Shown here: one piece after another, positions 51,601 to 60,600 of the stretch | How the letters are laid out: every line of letters starts with the position of its first letter | Position numbering within the stretch: the first letter of the stretch is position 1 | From: Candidatus Omnitrophota bacterium | Lineage (GTDB): Bacteria; Omnitrophota; Omnitrophia; Omnitrophales; JACROU01 | Assembly (NCBI GenBank): GCA_029261035.1 | Contig: JAJDCD010000005.1 | Coordinates: forward strand, 91,516 to 155,515 | Length of the DNA stretch: 64,000 nt | Direction: 5' to 3' | Translations under genes and position numbers: made by a program | The notes under the pieces: model-generated | The model's database searches: none | What the model was told of the DNA's origin: nothing | Seen by the model: the letters and a program-made list of their open reading frames with translations, nothing else

Positions 51601-54600
51601 TTAGAGTTATTGGCCAACATTCAATCACATGGTCACTTGCTTCGCACGATTCATACTCCTATGGTCCAAGAAGAGGAACGGTGGGAGGGGGCTTTTCATG
51701 GAAATTTACATCCAGCAAATGTGAGTGTGGATCCTGATTATTTTCTAAATATTCATGATTTAACCCATGCATACAACAAAGAAGAAGTAAGTTCATTGAA
51801 AGAGCAATTTGCAAGACAGTTACTTGATTTTGATGCTGCTTTATCGAGAACTCTAGAAGATAAAGTTTTCATGGACTCGCAGTTACAAGACTTTCATGTA
51901 AGGAAAGGGTTGCCTGTTTCTTGGAAGGGTATGGAGTATGTGAAAACTTTTCTTCTTGGCTATTTTTATGATTTTCCACCAGAAGTTATTGAAAAAGTGG
52001 CTAGAACCATGGTTATGGAGATAGAGGGACACCCCATAACTCGCACCAACAATATTATACAAAAACTAGGAGTGACTCGACTTCCTGCTTATCAACATCC
52101 AGACTTTATTTTCGATCTGATGCGGTATGTTGTTGGAATTAAAAAAGATGGAACACCTCTTTTAGAAGAAGAAAAAGAATCTGCTAAGAAAGAAATAGAA
52201 CAAAAAATTCTTGCCTCCAGTTTAGGTCGTACTAAAGATCATTTTAATATGACCTTCGAAGGACATGCTTTTAATATTTTAGATGAAATGAAGAAGGGCA
52301 ATTTTAGTATGAAGTGGATTTTGAATTTTAAACCAGAACCGCTTACTAGGATACAGGTGCCGGATAAAAGTGTTTATGTGAGTCGAAAAACCGTTTTAGA
52401 AGCAGCAAAAAGAAAAAGATTTGGCTTACCTTTAAGTGCTAAACGGTTAGAACAGTTACTGAAAGCAGGTGCAATTAAGCAGAATGAGAAAGGGGAGTTG
52501 AGTCGTTATGATGCTGAGTCTTTTATAAATGCTTATAGTTTGAGAGAAACGGCTGAGCTTACAGGTCTAAATAGAGATCGATTGTCAGGCTTATCAGGCA
52601 GTAAAGACCGTATGGTTGTTGTGCAGGGAAACTATTATGTTTTCCATGATTGGATTGAAGAAATGCGGGCACGGCATCATCGCCTTGTGCCTGTTTCTCT
52701 TTTATCTGAAATGCTGAACCTAACCCATTCAACATTTCTGTCTAATCTCCGGAATCCCAAAAAATTCTTACGTCCTCATCTATTAAGGCAGTTATTCGAT
52801 GATAGAAAAAATCTGTTAGAGTCTCGATTTACAGGAGAAGAGTACCACTATTTTGGAGATCATTCTCCAACGTTGTCTGTGGATATTTTAACGGCATGGA
52901 GTATCTTTCAATTACTTCAAAGGGTTCCTAATATGGAAACGGCCAGTACGGTGGATGAATTATCTAAAAAACTTTATGTTAATAGAGTTTTTGTGTCAAA
53001 AGCTATCGAAGAAGATCGGGTTGAAGCTACTTTGGTTAGGGGTATGCGCAAAGGAGGTCCTGTTTATTTAATTGATGAAGAGGAGGTAAGGCGCATAGAA
53101 AAAGAATTTAACCAAAAATTAAAATTATTAATAAAGGAAGTTAAAGCTTATGTTGATTCAAAGGTCCCTTTAAAAACATGGGAAGATATTCAAGAAGTTG
53201 TCAAAAATTGGGATACAACAGAAACATTAAAAGAACGATGGAATTTTAAAAGTATTAGTGGTATTCATGAAATGATGAGAAGGGAAGTTTTGAAGGGTGT
53301 TAATGTTGTAAACCCCTTATCCACAGTAGGTGTGAATTATTTTCCTCCACAGGAAGTTGAGAAATTAGATAAAAGAGATAGAAATAAGCTTGATGAAATC
53401 TTGGAATTTATTAACAGATATAGAGGGTCTCCCATTACAACTCGTGCTGAGATTGATGCAGCTGTAAGTAAATGGAGCACTCCTACTTATTTATCTAAAG
53501 TGACTGGAATACCAAGGCAAACAATGACCCGAAGAGTAAAGAAGGGTGCTGTCAAAGGTGTTCTGTTAGATCTTATTGGTTTTAAAAAGAAATTCATGGT
53601 TCCTCCTTCTGAAGCCCAAAAATTTATTCAAGCAAACTCAAAAATAAGTAAAGCCTCAAGTTTAGGAAGATCTAAAGATCATTTTGATGCCACAGTCCTA
53701 GGAGAAGAAGTGAATTTGCTTGATGCCATGAAAGAGGGCGCGTTTAAAGTCCAATGGTTTTTTAGTTTTAAGACTAAGAAGCTTCCTCGAGTTGAAATTC
53801 CAAAAAAACAAAAATATCTTACTAAAAAAGAAGTGTTACAGTTAGTATCTCAAGTAAAAGGAAAAAGAAGAATTGGTCCTTTGCGTTTGAATCAATTAAT
53901 TGAGAAAGAATATATCAAAAGAGATTCTAATGGAAACTTAAATCGAGAGGATGTGTTGTTTTTTCTAAATGCATTTTCATTAAATGAAGCGGCAGCATTC
54001 ATTGGGGTAAACCCAGACAGGCTCGGTAAAATTGCCTTAGAAAATGGATCGGTGAAATATGGTAAAGAGTATTTTGTTCCATATCAATGGGTTGAGCTAT
54101 TAAGAGCCAATTTTCACGATCTTGTTCCTATTCGAATTTTAGCAGAAATGTTAGATATGGAATTTTGGAACCTGGTAAATAAATTAAGAAGCCCTTCAAA
54201 TTATTTTTCCGAAGATATTATAAAAGAGTTTTTCCCTTATCAAGAGACTTTAATTGATAAAAGAATTACAGGAGAAGAGTATCACTTTATCAATGGTAAC
54301 AATGTTTTGGCTGTTGATTTGGCTACGGCATGGATGCTGTTTGTCATATTTAGAATGTTTCCAAATCCCAAGAAAGCGGCCACATTGACTTCGTTGGCTA
54401 ATAAACTTTCTGTGAACAAAACATTGGTATCTACAGCGGTGAAGGAAGGTCGAATTAAAGCGACTCTCGTTTCTGTCTTAAAAAAGGGAGTTCCGTCCTA
54501 CTTGGTTGATGAAGAAGAGTTTGACAGAGTTATTAAGGAATACAGTAAGAAGCTGAAAGACCTTAAAGCTTTGTTAGTTCCATATCTGCGAGGTAAACAA

Positions 54601-57600
54601 CTGAAGACGTGGCAAGATATTCAGGAAGTGGTTCAAGGTTGGGATACTGCAGAATCTTTAAAAGAGAAATGGGGATTTAATCAGGTTGATAGAATCCACA
54701 GAATGGTGAAAAGGGGCCTATTAAAGGGAGTTCATGTTGTGAACCCTCTATCGGTACATGGGAAGTGGTACTTTCCACCTTCTGAAGTGGAAAAGGTAGA
54801 TGTTGTAGATCGAGAAAAACTGCAAGAAGCTTTGGGTTTTGTTAATCGCTATAGAAAAAGGAAAATACGAACTCGAGAAGCGTTAATCAAATCTCTAAAG
54901 AGATGGAGTTCGCCAGTTAAGTTAAGTAAATCAACAGGAATCCCTCGTCAGACCATGACGCGCTTGGTGAGAGATGGGTATGTGGAACATGTAAAGCTAG
55001 ATATATTAGGACAACGGTCTCGTTATGTTATTCCTCCAGAAGCTGCTAAGAGATTTATAGACGAGTTGAATGAAAAAATTATTACCTTTTCAGATAAACA
55101 CTTATCTCCTTATGGTCAAGGTGCTAGAACATATAAACAACTAAAAAAATTGCTTAATAGATGGTATACGATTTCTGAATTAAGTAAAACAACAGGAATT
55201 AACCAAGAAGAAATTGCCTGGAAAGTTGAAATCGGTGAATTAAACTCTGTCAATTTTGATTTCACTCCTCTTCAAGGGAGGATATACATCCCACCTCAAG
55301 AAGCAGAGAAATTAATTCAATCTTCAAGCGTGTCTGCTAATAGTTTAGGTGTTGCAAAAGAGCACTTTGATATTTTTGTTAATGGGAAGAAAGTAAATTT
55401 GATTGATGCGATGGTTGATGGGTCATTTCGTCCAGAATGGATAAGTCGTTTTGTCCCTAAATCTTTACATGAAGTAAGCTTAAAAAATGTTGCTCCATCG
55501 ATTACTTTTGAAAGAGCTGAAGAGTTATCAAAAAGATTGGGGCAAAGAGTTATTACTGTTTACATGCTTTCCGAATTACAAGAGGCGGGTATTATAAGTA
55601 AAGAGTTTGAAGGAATGATTTCAAAAGAAGATCTTCAGTTTTTAATTAATTCCAGAAAATTGGGGGAAGCGGCACGGCTTGTAGAGCTTAATGAGGCTGA
55701 TGTGTGGATGTTTGCTTCCAAACATGGAGCAAAAAGGTTGCGTAGAGAGTATTTCGTTCCTTTGGAGTGGATAGAAGAAGTTATGCTTAGAAAGCACCAT
55801 TTGATTCCAGTTCAGTTATTAGTTGATGAGTTGGGTGTGAACTATGCATCTTTTGTGGATCGTTTAAAGAACCCAAGAAAGCATTTCTCCAAAATTATAG
55901 CTGAGGGCTATTTGGAAGGGAGAGACTCATTGCTAGAACCTTCTCTTAGAGGCAGTCTTGTTCATGGAAATTATCAAAATTTTATGATTGATTTGTCCCT
56001 AGCGTGGAAAGTAGTTCGATTAATTAAGGAAAAATCACTGTCCGACGGATACATCACTTCGGATGTGTTAGCAGAAAGAATAGGCGTTGATGTTAATGTC
56101 ATTCTTTTAGGGATTAGAAATGAACTGATCAAGGTTAAAGAGATTTCTGATATTGCTGGTAGTGGCAAGTACCATTATGCCATTTCTGAGGATGAAGCAG
56201 AAAGAATAGAAAAATTATTTAGTGCTCAGTTGGCTGTATATCAACAGACTTTGGAAGAAAGTGGTTTTATAAAAAGAAAGTTAAACGGATGGAAAGATTT
56301 AAAGAAATTTATTCAGTCATGGCTTGGAACGGAACAGTTGAGACAGCGTTGGGGTTTTACGGGAAATCAAGCAATTATGCAGATGTACCAAAGAGGGAGT
56401 GTTTGGGGATTAGAACTAGCACATCCACTGTCAAGAACAGCAAAAGTCTTATTTCCATTGAAGGAAATTAGGAGCATTGAGAGAAAGGAAAAAATCAAAT
56501 TCGAACTTATTGCTAAATTTATTTCTGAACATGTTGGAGTAGAGGTGAATGAAAAAGCAGAAATGTCAGATGTTTTTGAAGATTGGTATACCGTAAATGA
56601 TTTACTGAAAGCCACAGGCTATAGTCGGAAAAAGGTTATGAGACAAATAAATAACGGGAATATCCCCTCAATCAAAATAGATCTACTAGCTATGCAAAGC
56701 CGTATTGTAATTCCACCCACTGTAGCTCAGCTGTGGATTGGACAACAACAAAAACCACCTTCGACAGCCTCCAGCTTAGGTAGAACAACAGAAGATTTTA
56801 ATATTACTGTGAATGGAACTCCTGTGAATTTACTGGATGCGATGATGGAAGGAACATTTCAAATATCTTATTTACTGCAACTATATCAACCTATGAAAAG
56901 ACAAGGTCATGCTCCTAAGAAAGCTTACTACTCCATTGATGAAGTGCTTGAAATCTTTAAAGAGAAGGGCAGAGGCCCTATAAGGAAGTTACATATAAAT
57001 GAGTTTGTGACAATGAAAAGAAGAAAAAAAGAGGATAAGAGAATTAGGCATGAAGAGCTTCTCTGGTTGCTGAATACGGTACCTTTAAAAGAAGTTACCA
57101 AGTCTTTAGTTGGTCAACATTCGGATTTAAGAGAAAGGGCATTAGAGGGCGGTGCTGTTTTAGTTAAAGATAGAATGTTTGTTCCTGTTGCATGGCTTTC
57201 CCAACAGCAAGAAAAACAGGCTAATTTGGTTTCTGTGGGTTTATTAGCGAAAGTTATGGGTGTTTATCGCACTAAGCTATTTAAGTATATATTGGATCCA
57301 CAAGGGATGTTTGGAGAGGCTATTTTTAATCAATATTTTCAAGACAAAGAATCGTTGTTGGAATTGTCTCAAAACGGAACAGTTTTTCATGGAACACAAA
57401 AGGCACGAATGATTACACTAGAGACAGCTTGGGCAATTGTAAGAATTTATAAAATCTCATTAGAGAGAGCGAAAGGCTCTATTGGTATTGTAGCGTTAGG
57501 CGAAGAGTTGGGTAGAGATCGTTACTTTGTTGACAAAATTATTAGAAGAGGAGAAATAGATGCTTCGTTTATTCCTTTAGTAAGTGACGGCAAATATAAA

Positions 57601-60600
57601 GACAGAATAGTAGCTTCAGAACTTGAAAGAATTAGGGCTTTATACCGTAGATCATTAGCAAGTTATTCAGATGTACTTAAAAAATATGGGGTTGGTCCAT
57701 TTAAAACATGGAGTGAGCTAGAAGAGTTTTTTGAATCATGGTATACCGCTGATGATGTAAGGCGTAGATTTGGTTTTAAAATCAAACGAAGTGTTTATGA
57801 TATGTCTGAACGTGGAGTCTTGACCGGTATTCATGTAGCATCCCCTCTGATGCCACAAGGCCAAATTCGTTTTTTTCCAGTAGAAGTTGATAATCTTTTT
57901 AATAAAGACTTAGAGAGAGTTAATGAGATTTTGGTATTTATTAATCGCTTCAGAAAGCGTCCTATAGGAAATAAATCTCAAATACAAAGAGCAATTCGCG
58001 ATTGGTATAAACTGCCTCAGTTAGAAAAAAAATGGGCTGTCTCAGATGGAACTTTGTTAGATTCAATTAACAAAGGGAGCTTAGAAGCTATTAATATTGG
58101 CTTGATAGGAATGAAAGAACAAGGCTACTGGGTTCCAAGGCAAGAAGTACAGCGAATTGAAAAAGAACAGAAAAAAAGAAGAGAAGAGATTCTGAAATTT
58201 GTTTCTCAATATACAGATGAATCGATTAATACTACAAAACAACTTAAAAAAGCAACTCGTAAATGGTTCGCTGTTGAAGGAGCTGCAAAGAGGTTGGGGG
58301 TAAAGAAATCTCTGATAAAAAGTATGATTAAACGAAAAACCATTAGAAGTGTGAAGATGGATTTGCTTGGTTATGGAGGGGGTAATACGTTGATGATGAT
58401 CCCTCCTCAAGAGATAGGAAGAATCGAAAGGGAAGAAAAAGAAAAGTTAGATAGAATTATAGCTGATATTTCTCAATTTACTGAGAAACCTTTAATGACA
58501 GTAGAAGATGTTTTGAGAGCAACTCAAAGTTGGGTTAAAGCAGAAGAGTTTGCTAAAGAATTTGGTGTGAATACGGCCCATGTTTTAGCTTTAATTAGAT
58601 CTAATAAAATTCGTGCAGTTGAAATGAATTTATTGAAAGTTCGTGGAAATAAAATGTTTTATTTGATTCCTCTTTCTGAAGTGGAGCGTTTTAAATTAGA
58701 TCAAAAAAATCAGCTTGCTGAAATTATTCCACAAGTACGTGAATATACGGATGCCGAGATTGACACTATTGAAGGTTTGAAAAAAGCAACATTAGATTGG
58801 AGCAGTACGGGGGACTTTTCAAGAGAGTTTGGTTTTCCTGCAGCATCAGTGACTCGTATGATTAAGGCTAACAATATTAAGGCTATACGATTTGATTTGT
58901 TTGGATTTGGAGGAAAAAATAGATTGTATTTAATTCCCCCACAAGAAGTTGCCAGTATAAGGCAAGAACAAGAAAGGAGATTTAAAGAGGTTCAGAATTA
59001 CTTGCTTCATAATTTTAATATCGAAATTATGACATTGACTGATTTAGAAGAAGTAACTCAAGATTGGTTAGGGAAGGAAGATGTTAGGAGAGCTTTAAAA
59101 ATAAGTCAGGCAACATTTTATTCTCATGTGAAGGATAGAAAAGTTAAATCCGTATTTATTGACTTGTTGGGCTACAAAAGAAGAGCTGGTTATTATGTGT
59201 CTCCATATGAAGTGGAAAGGTGGGGGGGAGAGAGTTTAGATGAAGGGGCTTCAAAAAGGAAAGGTGAAAATATAAAATTAAAAGCAAAAAAAATTAAATC
59301 TAAAGCTTCTAGTTTGGGTAGAGAGATAGCGCTTTTGGTTGCGGAAGAGTATCCTTATAATCAGTTGGTGCTTATACTTGATCGTGTAGACAGTTCATCT
59401 GATTATGCTGAGTTTGAGATTCGTTCTAAGAAACAAAAAATTGGAGAAGGAAGTTTTTTTAAGGGAGATGATCATTGGAATTTAGTCCACTTTGAATTGG
59501 GTTCGGAGTATAACTACCAGGAGGAAGGTAAGGAGGTTATAAAGTGGTTTGCTCGATACCTTCAGAATATGTTTCCAGGGAGTAGAAACCCTTTAAGGTT
59601 TGGTTGGGTGTATAACCCTGAAATGTTGAGTTTGGCTCACTCTGTTTTTGAACCAGACTCCATGGAAATAATTTTTAAAAAACCTGGACCGTGGTATTCC
59701 ATGGCTGATCCTAGTTTTAACTTGTTTTACTCTGCAGGTCCTTTACGTATTTATGATGATGTCCCTCTTTCTACAAAAGAAATTAAAGTTATTAAACAAG
59801 GGAGTTTTTACGTTCCTGTGAGCTATCCTCAAGAGGTGAAAAATGTCGTAGTAAGCAAATATCACGTATCAGCACGATATAAAAGTACAGGTAACTTATT
59901 GAGAAAGATTCAGTTTGAGAGACCCTTTTCTATTAAAGGAAAGATACGGAAATCTCTATTGTCTTCCGCACGTTCTCTAGGGGATGAGCAGGATGAGTAT
60001 GGATTAACTCGAAAGCAAAAAGAAGCAGTGCATCATTTCTTGTTTCCTAAAGACTTATCAGGTGAAGCAATATTAAAACAGGTTTTGATGTTACTTATCC
60101 CATATATCCTTTTAGGGGGATTGGTGGCTGCTGTGATGAGTCGTGAGAAAAAGTCAGATAATCAAGCGGTTCCTCAATCAACATCAGAAGGGAAAAGTTT
60201 AGGTGGGACACGGCCTTTGTCTGCGGTAGATTATTTTGCTCAACTGGAACAAGAGCTGTCTGAAGCTTGGCAAGCTTGGGATCATCAAAGCTCGATGATG
60301 GATATGGGTTTTGTCGAATCTGCTTTAGAGCAAAAAACAAATTATTACGCATTGATGGGTCTTATAGCAAATTCGTTTATGCATTTTTCAACTCCTACAT
60401 CAAAATTAGAAGAAGATGACGTAGTTCTTTATATTGCGCCAAATCAAAATGGTAACACAGGTATTTACCGTGTTTTAAGTGTATCTGGAATGCAAGTTCA
60501 ACTGATGAATGTAGCAAACAAAACAATTTTAGTAGCGGAGACGAAGAAAATAAGAAGGATTGATTTATCAAAACCTAGAATTATGTCTCAGGTTGAAGAA

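Noticed and set aside
49231-59225. Possibility that the regular ~225-bp tandem repeats are a CRISPR array or noncoding satellite
   Set aside because: The repeats are within one uninterrupted 17.7-kb ORF and are conserved at protein level with synonymous drift, not at nucleotide level. There are no short identical direct repeats with unique spacers and no cas genes.
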